DNA of 64,000 nt from Cladosporium halotolerans (taxonomy: Eukaryota). The position numbers and the translations under genes are program-made. The notes under the pieces are model-generated. The model did no database searches. It was not told the DNA's origin and worked only from the letters and a program-made list of their open reading frames with translations. Position 1 is the stretch's first letter. Every line of letters begins with the position of its first letter. This document shows, one piece after another, positions 45,633 through 59,404 of this stretch. The stretch lies in contig NW_027191470.1 in NCBI RefSeq assembly GCF_011745625.1, positions 1 through 64,000 of the forward strand, in the 5' to 3' direction.

Positions 45633-46755
45633 GCTCGAGGGGTAGGAGAGTGTTCGAATTGCGCGTGAGGATTACTGGTTGTTTGTTGGGTTCATGCCGT
45701 AAAGATCTGAGGAAAGTGGTCGCGTGACTGTTCGCATGCTCTCAAAGGTCACTGGACAACAATTAGCCAGCGAATTTCAGAAGTAGTTCCTGTCGGGTTG
45801 TTGTTTCCCTCTTGCTTGAACTTGGCCAACAGTCCTGGAATGACATCAGCGGAGCGCGACGTCAGGCCAAAGTCTCGAACGGAGATCTGTTCCAGACCAT
45901 CTATCATCTAAAAATGAACGTTTCGAGCGAATCGATGTGAAGATGAGCAATCGAAGTGATCTTAAATCTGCGAACAGGTGCATATAATGAACGATTTACC
46001 AGTGCTATACAATTCATCTGTGGCTCTCTTCAGGCTCGGGGCCACAGCTCTGTCATGATCAAGTCCCACCTTATTATCAAGTAAGCCTCATTCCCAATTC
46101 ACGCCTACGTGCGGAAACCTCGCAACATCTGCAGAAAACGTCAATGACACACTGGACTTGCTCTCGCAGAATGGTTTATGGCGAGGTCTTAAGCTAGATA
46201 CATCTGCACATTTCGAATCTCCCTGATTAGGGTTAGGGTTTAGGGTTGATCGAACATGCTATATGTACAGTGTGTCAGCCACATCCCACGGAAGCAATCC
46301 AACATCCTATGTTCAGAAGAAGGAAAAACCTTCAAGAAATAATCTGCGGTTTTAGTTGACCTTTGGAGTTGGTACAGCTCTAGGTGAACCACGCAATGAG
46401 TAGTAACGGGAACCGTGGAGATGTTTCAGTTTTTGTGTGCGGACGTGGTTGGCAAACCATCTTGCCTACACGGTGTCAGCACCAAATGGTCGGTGTCTCG
46501 TCTAAGCGCATGCGATGGACAGAACAGCGTAGGCATTATTGATAAGTGTGCCAATGAACGTATGAAACATTATGTACAAGTACATGTAGAGACACGAGAT
46601 TGATGTGTGGATGACGTCGACGTTTGATACTGTACGGTATTCTCGACGTGTAATTGCTATCTACTCCATGTCATTCACCGGCACTCGTTCCCCAGTGTTG
46701 CTCGTGTCTTGACTGCCTAACTCTGCTCCGAATACTCAGTTCCTCGTAATCTGGA

Positions 46756-47372
46756 ATGGCTTCGAAACTGACGCCGCTCAAGGAGCTTAAGGTGCTCAAG
46801 CATCAGATCCCAGCCCATGGCCTGACGCCAAACACATCGATTCAAAACAAGCCGCTATTTATCTACAAATCGGCTTTCGCTTCAAGCGTATCTGCAAGCG
46901 ATATTGAGGGGCACCTGAGCTCTATCGGTGTTGTTTCACCGCAATGGAGATACAGCATGTTCACCACTAGCCACTTTCACGTATGCTTTGCCCTCTCCTG
47001 TAGAGGCTGCTTCCCGTTCCGGAACATTGCTCAGCAAGCATCTGAGGCTAACGTGTTCAGACAACATCGCATGAAGTGTTGGGCATAGCTCATGGCCAAG
47101 CAAAGCTCTGCTTCGGGCATGAAGATAACCCTAAACGCGTCGAGGAGACAGTTCGCAAGGGTGATGTGGTAATCATCCCTGCAGGGGTCGCTCATCGGCT
47201 GCTGGAGGACATCGATGGAGGCTTCTCAATGGTTGGCTGCTATCCGAAGGGTTTTAGTTGGGACATGGCGTATGGCAACAAGGGAGAGGAAAAGCAGATC
47301 GAGGCCATCGGCAAGCTGCCGTGGTTCACACGAGATCCGGTATACGGAGACGAAGGCCCAACTTTGTCGTAG
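46756..47372 (+). CDS. Cupin-domain protein (YjlB-like), one intron
   Basis: QWRYSMFTTSHFH|TTSHEVLGI, GDVVIIPAGVAH, MVGCYP and DPVYG. Intron at 46981-47060. Confidence 0.85.
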
Positions 47373-47858
47373 TCTATACTTCACTAGAGCCGGTGAATTT
47401 TCCATGAGAGAAAGCTTGACACGCGCAACTTTCACAAGCCGAGTGCAGGCGCGAAGTCTACTTCATGTGACAGGTGAACAATATGTGCAAAAGACGTGCA
47501 CAGACCAACTTACGTAGTGGCGCGCTTTCCCCTGGTCGGAGGGCAGTCGCTGCCTGAGCGCTGGCGGGCTTCATTCGCCGTTCACGAGTCGCATCATCCA
47601 CCGACTACCCAACACCTCCTCTCCTCGACATCACGCGCTGTTTTCTCCTTCGACGTGTCTATCGCCGGCACAGGCATAACCCACATCCGCTGTGCCGCTC
47701 TCTCACGTTCTCCGACATCTACCGCGAACCCAGCCCCGCCTACGACCTTACAAAGCAGTCTACTCATCTATACCTTGCACCGCTGGCAGGCGACTCCCAG
47801 ACTCAGGCAGAGGCCTTCGACCAGAAAACACTCCACTGGAAACCCTCATAAAATCAAC

Positions 47859-50333
47859 ATGGCGGACGCTGTTGCTAAAGCAGCGCCACCTCTCCCCACC
47901 AGCAAAGATGACATTAATGGCACGTGAGTATGACCCTTCGCCTCGATCTCGGAGATCAAGAGCTTTATATCACATGGAGCCTCCATGCGCGGGAGGCTGA
48001 GGTCGCTCATTGTTTCGAGCTTTGCTGATCATCGCATAGATGGAACTACCTGGAATGGGGAGTCGACCGTATCATGGTCAATCTCAGCTACGGCCTCGAC
48101 CTCAAGACGTACATGACCCTTTACACTTCCATCCACAACTTCTGTACCGCGCAAAAGGCGGTGGGCGCCCAGACGAATCTTAACTCGAGTCAGCGCGGCG
48201 CGCATCTTCTTGGCGAGGACCTCTATCGACGGCTTAATGACTACCTGAAGAGGCATTTGACAGGCGTGCATACGGAGATGGTCAAGCATGTCGACGAGGC
48301 GCTTCTCACTTTCTACATCAAGGAATGGAAGAGGTACACGACGGCGGGCACCTACAACAACCACTTGTTCCGGTACCTCAACCGCCACTGGGTGAAGAGA
48401 GAGATGGATGAAGGCAAGAAGGACATCTACGACATCTACACACTCCATCTTGTGCGGTGGAAGGAGGACATGTTCGGAAGCACGCAGAATGCTGTCATGG
48501 ACGCCGTTCTGCGTCTCGTGGAGAAGCAGCGCAACGGTGAAACCATCGAGCAGTCCAAGATCAAGTCCGTGGTCGATAGTTTCGTCTCCCTTGGTATCGA
48601 CGAGCAAGACAGCACAAAGACAACACTCGACGTCTACCGTAAGCATTTTGAGGAGCCTTTCCTGGAAGCGACTAAGGTCTACTACGAGAAGGAATCCGCA
48701 GAGTTCCTCGCGGTCAACTCCGTTGTGGACTACATGAAGAAAGCCGAGCGTCGCCTTGATGAGGAGAAGGAGCGTGTGCCTCTGTACTTGCTCCAGGAGA
48801 TAATGACTCCGCTCATGAAGACCTGCGAGGCAGCCCTTATTGCCAAGCACGCAAACGTACTTCGCGACGAGTTCCAGATCTTGCTCGACAACGATCGGGA
48901 AGAGGACATGGCGCGTATGTACAAATTGCTCGCGCGCATCCCCGAAGGCCTTGATCCTCTTAGGGCGAAGTTTGAGGCCCACGTCCGTTCCTGCGGTCTT
49001 CTGGCTGTCGAAAAGGCGGCTCAAGCCAGCGAAGCAATTGACCCGAAGAACTACGTTGATGCCCTTCTGGAAGTCAACACACAGTACTCTGCTCTCGTGC
49101 AGAATGCTTTCGGTGGTGAATCAGAGTTCGTGCGCTCACTTGACAACGCGTGTCGCGAATATGTCAACCGCAACAAGGTCTGCCAAAAGAACTCTGCAAA
49201 ATCGCCAGAACTTCTCTCGAAGCATGCAGACAACGTTCTCAAGCGTTCTCAGAAGAGCAGTGAGGAGGACGACATGGAGAAGCTTCTGAACCAAGTCATG
49301 ACCATCTTCAAATACATCGAGGACAAGGATGTCTTCCAGAAATTCTACTCCAAGATGCTGGCCAAGCGCCTCGTCAACGGCACTTCTGCTTCGGGTGACG
49401 CGGAGACCAGCATGATCTCGAAGCTGAAGGACGCATCCGGTTTCGAATACACTAACAAGCTCCAACGCATGTTCCAGGATATGCAGACGTCGAAGGATCT
49501 CAACAAGGCGTATGAAGAGCACTTGAGCAAAGGCTTCAGCAGCGATGACGGCATTGGAACCTCGTTCCAGATCCTTGGTGCAGGTTTCTGGCCGCTACAG
49601 CCACCCAACACAACCTTTGCGCCGCCTGCGCTGCTTGTAAAGCAGTACGAGCGCTTTACTCACTTCTACGCGGACAAACACGGCGGCCGCAAGCTGACAT
49701 GGCTCTGGAACCTGTGCAAGGGTGAAATTCGTGCCAACTACATCAAGAACGCCAAGGTACCTTACACCTTCCAAGTGTCGACCTACCAAATGGCAATCCT
49801 CCTGCTCTTCAACGACAGCGATACCGCCAGTTACGACGACATTGCAAGCACCACGATGCTTGCCAAGGAAACTCTCGACCCCTCCCTTGCCATTATGCTC
49901 AAGGCCAAGGTACTCACTGCCAGTCCTGAGGGTAAGACCGAGCCTGGCACCACGTACTCCCTGAACTATAACTTCAAGGCCAAGAAGCTCAAGGTCAACC
50001 TCAACATCGCCATCAAATCGGAGCAGAAGCAGGAGGCGGAGGACACTCACAAGACGATCGAAGAGGACAGGAAGATGCTCATGCAAGTAAGTAATATCCA
50101 GTCGAGCTCTATGTCTTGTTGTCCATTGCTAACACTTACTCTAGTCGGCCATCGTCCGTATCATGAAGTCTCGCAAGACTATGAAGCACACGCAGCTCGT
50201 TTCGGAGACTATTCAGCAGATCAAGTCTCGCTTCTCGCCGAAGGTCAGCGACATCAAGAAATGCATCGACATCCTTCTTGAGAAGGAGTACTTGGAGCGT
50301 CTCGAGGGTGACGAGCTTGGCTACCTGGCTTAA
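47859..50333 (+). CDS. CUL1: Cullin-1 (SCF scaffold)
   Basis: [44 protein letters not shown] and the neddylation region [10 protein letters not shown]. Introns at 47924-48039 and about 50087-50143. Confidence 0.96.
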
Positions 50334-51000
50334 GGTTCTGCGACGTGCGATAACGGTGCTGTGTCGCATCTGACTTGTGGTGTCTGGAGAGAAGTTGACG
50401 TGCGAAGTATTGCCGCCCAAAGCACAGTAGCAGGGAGGGCGAGAGGTAAATCACGTCTCAAGGTTCGGTCGTTGGCGTTTTGAGCGCGGGATAGGCTGCA
50501 TGAGACACGGACAACGAGACTGCGCGCGAAATGCGCTGATGAGTACAGGCGGGGTGCTTCTAGCATGGCGTTCCTGGGCGTTTTCTGGCTGTCCTTGCAC
50601 AGAAGCAGGGCTACCATCAACTTATGTACCTAGTCAGTGTTGACTTGCGCGAGGCGGCATTCTTTAAGGTAGCTTTGCTATGACGCGAGACGGCTTTGTG
50701 TGTAGCGGTCATTTCACGGATAGAAAAAACTCAATGCACAATCAACAGTACGTAATCAATCCTCAAAGTCGCGACAGTGAATTGATTGGTACTAGGGTCT
50801 TCGAGTGAGGTTCTGTTCCCAGATTGCGGCTACGTCACGTGGTGTGGAGTGGCTGGCGAACTGGTGGGATAGGAGGCGAACCGCGGGGATGGTTCCGCGA
50901 TGGGAAAGTCGAAGTACTTCCAGATCTCAAGAATACCACCTGTTCTCGCTGATTGAAGCCATCGCACGAGTGCTTTGAAAACCTCAGTGAACTCGCCATC

Positions 51001-54000
51001 ATGTAAGATTCCTCAGCGCAATCATTCAAAGGTGTTCCTTAATACTGACTGTGTCTCACAGGGCGCCGTTAGTGGATAATCCGCAGATTAAACATGCGTC
51101 CCTCCACAACCCCAAGCATATCCTTCTACATGATTACGTCTGGCCTTTCCTTGGAATCTGGCCGGCTTTCTTTGCCATCTACCTCTCGCAAGAGCGGTAC
51201 GACAAGTACATTAACGGTCAAGAATGGACGTTCGTCTTTAGCGGTACAATCTTCACTCTCCAGAGTTTAATCTGGCTCACGACTTTCTGGAACGTCAACG
51301 TCCGCGCCCTGTTCACCGCCGTGCGCGCATACGATGTCAGGAGCGCTAGCCTGATCAAGGTCATCCCCGATGCGAACGCAGGCGCTGCGGAGATTTGCGA
51401 AATTGAAAGGGATCAGGTTGCGGGCAAGGAGCTTGTGAGCTTCTTGTTCCAGAAGAGACGGTTCCTATACGATGAGAACAACGGCAGCTTCGCTCCTCTG
51501 GTATTCGGGATTGACAAGGAGCCGAAGCCCTTGATCCGCGAATACCAGCAGTCAAGAGGTGTGGGCAAGGAATCGGAGATTGAGCGCATCAGGCAGCACT
51601 ATGGCCCTAACATCTTCGACATTCCGGTCCCGACTTTCACGGAACTGTTCAAGGAGCATGCCGTGGCACCCTTCTTCGTTTTCCAGATCTTCTGTGTTGG
51701 CCTCTGGATGCTCGACGAATACTGGTACTACTCGCTCTTCACGCTCTTCATGCTTGTCATGTTCGAGTCGACGGTTGTCTGGCAGCGTCAGCGCACTCTC
51801 AAGGAATTCAGAGGCATGAGCATCAAGCCTTACGACATCTGGGTTTTCCGCGGTAACAAATGGATCGAGACTGAGAGCGACGAGCTTCTGCCAGGTGATT
51901 TGGTCAGTGTTGGACGCACCAAGGAGGACAGCGGCGTTGCTTGCGACATGATCCTGGTTGAGGGAAGCGCGATTGTCAACGAGGCTATGCTTTCTGGTGA
52001 GAGTACGCCAGTCCTCAAGGACTCTATCCAGCTCCGTCCGGCCGATGCTCGCGTTGAGCCGGAAGGCCTCGACAAGAACGCTTTCCTTTGGGGTGGTACC
52101 AAGGTCTTGCAGGTCCAACATGGCACGGCTTCGGAAGACGCAGCTGAGACGGTCCCGCAAGTCGCGTCCGGCGTGCCTCCTGCGCCTGACAAGGGTGCGC
52201 TCGCTATCGTTATCAAGACTGGGTTCGAGACCAACCAGGGTGGTCTCGTCCGCACGATGATCTACTCCACTGAGCGCGTCAGCGCTAACAACGTCGAGGC
52301 TTTCCTGTTCATCTTGTTCCTCTGTGTCTTCGCCATCGCTGCATCTTGGTACGTTTGGACTGAGGGTGTCCGCAACGAGCGCAAACGTTCGAAGCTGCTC
52401 CTGGATTGTGTTCTGATCGTTACCTCGGTCGTACCGCCTGAGCTGCCCATGGAATTAAGCTTGGCTGTAAACACCAGTTTGGCAGCGCTTAGCAAGTACG
52501 CTATTTTCTGCACGGAGCCGTTCAGAATTCCTTTCGCCGGTCGCGTTGACATCGCCTGCTTCGACAAGACTGGCACCCTTACAGGCGAGGATCTGGTCGT
52601 CGAGGGTATTGCCGGCTTGTCTCTGGGTCAGACTGGTGTTGAGTCCGAGCCGGATGGCGCGCAGACTCAGCTTGTCCGTGTCAACCAGACCAGCATCAAC
52701 ACGACTCTGACTCTCGCCACTGCGCATGCTCTTGTCAAACTGGAGGAAGGCGACGTTGTTGGTGAACCTATGGAAAAGACCACACTCGAGGCACTTGGAT
52801 GGGCCCTGGGCAAGAACGATACTCTCTCCGCAAAGGGCGCCACCACGACCAAGGGTCAAGGGCCCGCCGATATCGTCCAGATCAAGCGCCGCTTCCAGTT
52901 TTCGTCTGCGCTCAAGCGCCAGAGCTCTGTCGCTACAGCTATCACCACTGACCGCTCAACGGGCAAGAAGACCAAGGGAACATTCGTCGGTGCCAAGGGT
53001 GCACCCGAAACCATCCGCAAGATGCTTGTCGATGTCCCGCCCAAGTATGAGGAGACTTTCAAGTACTTCAGCAGGAACGGCGCTCGTGTTCTCGCATTGG
53101 CATACAAATACATCTCCACCCAGGACGAGATTGGCCAGAACCGCATCAACAACCTCAAGCGCGAGGAGGTCGAGTGCGATCTCCACTTCGCTGGTTTTCT
53201 GGTTCTGCAATGCCCGCTTAAGGATGACGCTATCAAGGCTGTCCGCATGCTCAATGAGAGCAGCCACCGTGTGGTCATGATTACTGGTGACAACCCCCTT
53301 ACTGCTTTGCACGTTGCCCGCCAGGTCGAGATCGTTGATCGTGATGCTTTGATCCTTGACGCTCCGGAACACGACGACAGCGGTGAGAATCTGGTCTGGA
53401 GAAGCATCGACGACAAAGTTAACATTCCTGTTGATCCCACCAAGGAGCTTGATCCTACCATTCTCAAGGAAAAGGATCTGTGCGTTACTGGCTTCGGTCT
53501 TGCCAAATTCAAGGGACAGAAAGGACTCTCCCAGCTGCTCAGGCATACTTGGGTCTACGCTCGTGTCTCCCCGAAGCAGAAGGAAGATATTCTCCTCGGC
53601 CTGAAGGAAGCTGGTTACACTACTCTGATGGCTGGTGACGGCACCAACGATGTCGGCGCTCTGAAGCAGGCTCACGTCGGCGTTGCTCTTCTCAACGGTA
53701 CCAAGGAGGACATGGACAAGATCGCGAAGCACTTCCGTGAAACCAAGATGAAGGAAATGTACGAGAAGCAGGTGTCCATGATGGAGCGTTTCAACCAGCC
53801 GCAACCCCCGGTTCCCAACCAAATCGCCCACCTGTACCCGCCTGGACCTAAGAACCCGCACTACGAAGCTGCCATGGAGCGCGAAGCCAAGACCAAGGCT
53901 AACCTGGCTGCCCTCAAAGCCACTCAAGATGAGAACGCCAACGGGTCCACGAACGGAACTGTCGCGAAGCCCGCTCCTCCCCAGCCCGAGCCCACTCCCC

Positions 54001-55025
54001 AGGAGCAGAAGAAGCAACAAGCTCAGAACGCTGCGAGCGCGATGGCAGAGAAGTGGTCCATGTCGATGATGGAGGAGCAGCTAAGCGAAGACGAGCCGCC
54101 AACCATCAAGCTGGGTGACGCGTCCGTTGCCGCTCCTTTCACCAGCAAGCTCGCTAACGTTGTCGCTATTCCCAACATCATCCGCCAGGGTCGCTGCACG
54201 CTCGTTGCCACTATTCAGATGTACAAAATTCTCGCGCTCAACTGCTTGATTAGTGCCTACAGTTTGAGTGTACTCTACCTGGACGGTATCAAGTTCGGCG
54301 ACGGACAAGTGACAATCAGCGGAATGCTCATGAGTGTGTGCTTCTTGAGCATCTCCCGCGCGAAGGTAAGCCCCCACGCATCTCATTGTCGCGTCGATCC
54401 TAGCTAACACCCCAACCAGTCCGTCGAACAACTGTCCAAGGAGCGCCCGCAGAACAACATTTGGAATTGGTATATCATCCCCTCCGTCCTCGGCCAATTC
54501 GCCGTGCACATCGCGACCCTCATCTACATCTCCAACTTCGTCCAGAAGTTCGAGCCCAAAGAGGACCGCCGCACGATTGACCTGGAGCGGGAGTTCAAGC
54601 CCTCGCTCCTCAACAGTGCCATTTACCTGCTGCAGCTCATCCAGCAAATCTCCACCTTCGCCATCAACTACCAGGGCCGTCCCTTCCGCGAGTCCATCAA
54701 AGAGAACAAGGGCATGTACTACGGCATCCTGATGGTGACGGGCGTCGCCTTCAGCTGCGCGACCGAGTTTGTCCCCGAGATCAACGAGCAGCTCAGCCTC
54801 GTGCCCTTCACGACCGAGTTCAAGATCACCATGTGCGTCGTCATGGTCCTCGACTACGTCGGCTGCTGGGTCATCGAGAAGACGCTCAAGGTCCTGTTCT
54901 CGGACTACAAGCCCAAGGACATCGCGGAGCGCCGCCCGGATCAGCTCGCTGTTGAGAAGCAGCGTGCTGACGCGGCGGAGGCGAAGAGGATTAGGGAGAT
55001 TGAGGAGAAGGCTGGGAAGGTATGA
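51001..55025 (+). CDS. SPF1: P5A-type ATPase (Spf1/Cod1)
   Basis: PPELPMEL, CFDKTGTLT, MITGDN and MAGDGTNDVGALK. Introns at 51003-51061 and about 54366-54419. Confidence 0.96.
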
Positions 55026-55773
55026 GGTGCGGGAAGGCGCAGAGCCTGTTTATGCATTCAGGGAGTGGGTGTGATTCTTTGATGTTTTTGTACAGAGGAG
55101 AAAACCACTAGACTACGTTTGGCATATTGAGTAAACATACAAGAGGTTTATGCATCAGATTTCTTTTCAGCGCCAACAATTTCAATGGTGTCATGTATGG
55201 GCTATGGGCCGGAGGTTTCCACGACACGCCTTAAGTCATGGTCCAGGATGAGTGAGTGGATGACGGAACTTATGTCAAACGGTGGACAGGAAAAGCTGAA
55301 TTGATTGGGGAACAACGCCTCGATTCGTGCTGAGCTGTGCTGTGCTTCAACTATCTGATCTGAGCAAACGGCAAATGGAACAGCAGTTGGCTGGCGCTAA
55401 TGAGGCTAAAGAGTGGGACCGCAAACGCCTTACTTCCTGAAAATCAAAAAGAGAAAACAGATATTCCTTTCCTTCCTTCCCTTTTCATGTACATCGTCAA
55501 GATAAGAGTTTCGAAGAATGCTTTCGCTTCGCTTTGAGGCCGCCCTCTTTCCCATGTTGCCTCCCGACGCCTTGGTTTGCTCTGTCTTCGGCTGAGGTGG
55601 GATTGGGACTCGCTGTTGGTATGGTCGAGGTGTAAAGAATCGCTGCTGGTGCTGTCGCGCTGCCACTCTGGCAGTTCGAAGTCGGATTGGTTGCGGCTGG
55701 ATGAGTTGGTATCACATAAGGAAATTTGTCGACTTTGTTTGCTTCTTTTTGGTATTTTGGTGTTGAGTGTTCT

Positions 55774-57358
55774 TCACGTCCTGCTTTCACTTCGTCCACG
55801 ACCGGGCTCCTGATCTCCGGTCGTCGCAGCTTCGTACGAAGGGATCGGCGGGTCTTCCCCGTGGTTAATGAGAAGATGCGTTCGGTCATCGTGGTGTTCG
55901 CTCGCTCTCGGTGTCGAGTCGTCGTCAGGACTTTCGTACTCTGGCGGCGGGTGATCTTCGTGCGGCGGCAATTCCGAGACGTCGAGGTCATGCTCTGATG
56001 GCGCGTGATAGTCGCTCGTTCCTTCGCCGGCATTATCATCATCCGATATTTCCTCTTCTTGCGATTCGTTGAGATTTAGCTGAGCGAGAGAGATATCGGT
56101 CGGGCTTCTTTGGGGTCCAGGTGAGCGGGCAGGAGGTCCGCGGCCAAGGCGAATTTGAGCGCTGGAGCTCCTGCCGTGTCCGGGAATGTAGGCTTGGCCT
56201 TCGCGAACGCCTTCTCGGCCACCTTCGAGGAGAATGCTGCCCTGCTCGCTTCCGTAGGGAGGTGGCGGGGCTAGTGAGCCAGTCTGAGGCGCCAAACCCC
56301 ACTTCTTCACATTCGCCTCAATGAAGACGAAGCCCATCTGTCCAAAATTGATGTGAACGTTGGCCGGGCCGTTTGCTCCGACGGTAGGGAAGAAGTTCTG
56401 GCTCTTCAGGCCGTGCGCGACGTCCTCGAGCCGTTTGCCATTGCGAGTGAAGAAGACAGTGCCAGTTCTGGGGCGGTACCCGACTCCCACAACGTCTCCC
56501 TGCACGAAGGGTGGCGCGTAGTTTGTTCCTGAGAAGGGCTGGTTGTATCGTCGTTGGCCGGTCGAAGTGTATGCGATAGAATATTTGTGCAGTCCTGGTA
56601 GTCTGAAGAGGGGATACGGCTTGGTCGTGAGCCCAATACTCAGTAGCGTCGACTCGGGCTTATCGTAAAGCTTTGCCTCCCAGTAATAGACCTCGTTCTG
56701 TTTCGGAATCGGCAGATTGCTCTGAACGCTGCACTCTGAGTCAAAGAATTCGATCTCTGTTCTCGCCTCGACGAAGCAGTTTGCGATCTCAAGTTCCGGC
56801 TCAAATTCCCATGCAGAGACACCTTTCTCTTGAATAGCCAAGAATTGCGATAACGAGATGTCCGTCTGCAGCGACTCTGGGGGATTTGCCTGCACGAAAG
56901 CTGCACAATAGTGTCAGCACCACGTTCCATCATCACGATCGCTCAATACACTTACCCTTAGCCCTCAGATACTCTGCCCTTTGCATGTCGTCCATCTCCT
57001 CCATAGCCTCCTCTTCTTCACGCAAGAACGCCTGCTCATCATCGTACTCTCCAGGCCTGGTCATGCGATCAAGCAGAATCCGGCCCTTCCCGGTATAGCG
57101 GAAGAAGTACACAATGGCAATGATGATGCCGACCAGTGCTGCCGAGGCGAAGGCAGAGAGCATGCCGATCAGGATGCCCTTGCCGGTCGAGCTCAGCCCA
57201 TGCGACTGGAATGCCGCGCGCTGGTCCTGCCATGATCCCCATCGTCCTCCATCGCGTGACACCTGCCACTGAGGCGGAAGCTTGCCGGAGAGTGTGTGTT
57301 GTGGGCGGATTGAGGTTACGAGCGTTGCCGGAGGGCCCTGGGGCGCCGGTTGCGCCAT
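55774..57358 (-). CDS. SSH4: SPRY-domain membrane protein Ssh4
   Basis: N-terminal TM, YYWEAK, KPYPLFRLPG, GDVVGVGYRP, FFTRNGK and PPxY motifs; one intron. Confidence 0.9.
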
Positions 57359-58237
57359 GGGCGGCGGTGTGATCGGTGAAGGCGAGCCTGCCTTCTGGAT
57401 TCGATGTCGCTCTCGAGAGCAGGTGTGGTTGTGGTGAAGCAGTCGCTCGCAGGCGATGCAATGCTCACAGCGCAATGCCCAAACAGTCTCGGGCGGGCCA
57501 GGCGTGCGCTATTGACGGGGTTGGCGTGGGCGTTGGCGGCGGCCGTTGGGTAGCTGAGGCGATGACGTTGGGCACCCGCGCGGGCCGGGGGAGACGGTGG
57601 GAGAGAGCGGGCGTGGGTGGTGGTGGTGGTGGCAGCGGTGTGTTGTGGTATGGTGTTGCCGGGGCGGCGAGGGCGAGTGTCGTGTGTCTCAGAGCGGAGT
57701 CGAGAGTAGAGCGGGCGGTGGTAGCGGGACGGGTGTTCGAGATGGCGGCAGGCGCAGGTGCAGGCGCGGGCAAGTAGCGGCGGCGATCTGAGAGATGCTG
57801 CGCGCCAGCCCAAGCGTCGACGTCCGACGTTCCGAGGCGGCCAGGCGGCCAGGCCGCAAGGCCGCAAGGCTGCAAGGCTTCTGGCCGTCTCCGCACGCGC
57901 CAGCGCTCGACGCCACCGCAGCAGCCGATCCCCGTGCATTGCAAACAAATGCCGCCACCAATGAGGGAGTCAGGGCTATCCCAGTTGCTGAGTTAAGATA
58001 CCTGGGCACTGGCCTATACTTGACTACGACAAGAGAATCATGGTCACGGCATCAAAGTCATTGGCGTATCCCCCCGATTATACGATCTCTGTTGCTAAGT
58101 GTGGCCACGAGAGAAGCGAATGCGCCGTTTAGCGCTATCATGTCTATGTTACATCTACCCCTACAGTACAGTACAAGTACACCGTTTCCTTTTGTTCATG
58201 CACATGCCTGCCTCAAGACTCCCATGCAGTTCATCCT

Positions 58238-59164
58238 CTACTTCTCAGTGTTGGCGTCAACACCCTTGTGCCAGGCCTTGGGGACCATCTCGTCGCTCTC
58301 GCTGAGCGCATCCTGCTTCTTCATCTCCGAAGCGACAACGTTCGCCCTCTCCGTCGAGCCGACAGGATCACTGCTCTGCTTGTGAGCAACCTTCTCGCCG
58401 CCCGCGTGGGGAGCCTGCGCCTGGGCAGCCGGCTGTCCCTCAGCAGGAACCTCCTCGCTCTCCAGCGGCGCATCCGCATCCTCAAGCTCCGCACCGTACA
58501 CATCCGGGTGCTCGCGGAAGCAGTCCTGCATGCCCTTGAACTTGTCAATGCAGTTGATGCCCTTCGGCTCCTCCTGGGAGAAGACGAAGCAGCTGAACGC
58601 CTCCCTGAACTGCTCGCCGCAAGGGCCGTATGCCATGCCGCCCAAGCAAGGGCAGTCCCAGTTGATCTCGCCGGTCTCCTCATTGAACGCGCCCTGCTGG
58701 CCCGCCTCCTGCTCCAGCTCCTCCGGCGAGCCAGGCGCCGCGGCGTCGGCCTGGGGTGTGGCGGCGGCGGCGTCTGCGGGCGCGGACTGACGGGCCAGGG
58801 CTTGCGATCGGGCCTGCTCGCGCCTCTTGTCCGCTATCGAGTCGACGGTGGGGTATGTCTCGGTCTCTCGTGGGGTCTCTGGGGGAGAGTGAATGGTGTC
58901 TGTGAGCGCATTTGTCAGCGGGTCCGGTTTCATTCAGCGCATTGCTCAATGGTTCGTACAGGTCGGCTCCTCAGCGAAGACGCTCGAAGTGTTGTAGTAG
59001 TAGACAATTCCACCGGCCAGAGCCCATCTTGCTGCTGAGTTCTTCCAGCTTCTTGACGTCTTGTGCGGCGGGGCGGTCGTCAGGAATCGCCTGGCAGTCG
59101 CATTCTGAGGGAGGGAGCGGGTGAGGCGTGCGCTCGCGCCTGTTCGAAGCGCCGTCCTGAACAT
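58238..59164 (-). CDS. MIA40: Mitochondrial IMS import/oxidoreductase Mia40
   Basis: Presequence plus [22 protein letters not shown] and twin CX9C; one intron. Confidence 0.95.
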
Positions 59165-59404
59165 CTTTAATGACTGAGAAAAGAGAAACGCTGAAAAGAC
59201 GTGATGCTGCAAAGGAAAGTCGGTTGGTGCAGAGGCGGCTTAGCAATGCTCTCGAAAGTCGCGGTAGATTTCGGGGCTCGCAACTTTCCACGCTTCGCCG
59301 GATCGCAGCTCATAGGAGGTCCGTGCCCGCTTGATAAAGTACGCCACTCCTCGTCACGCAACGGATGGAATACACTGATCGACGTCATAAACCCGAAATA
59401 CAAG

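Noticed and set aside
57836..57878. Short GC-rich tandem repeats (GGCGGCCA / GGCCGCAA) upstream of SSH4
   Set aside because: Low-copy simple repeat with no spacers and no evidence of function; not CRISPR-like.
59201..59404. TPP riboswitch or N-terminal extension at THI80
   Set aside because: No TPP aptamer core was recognised. The region is the short divergent promoter shared with MIA40.
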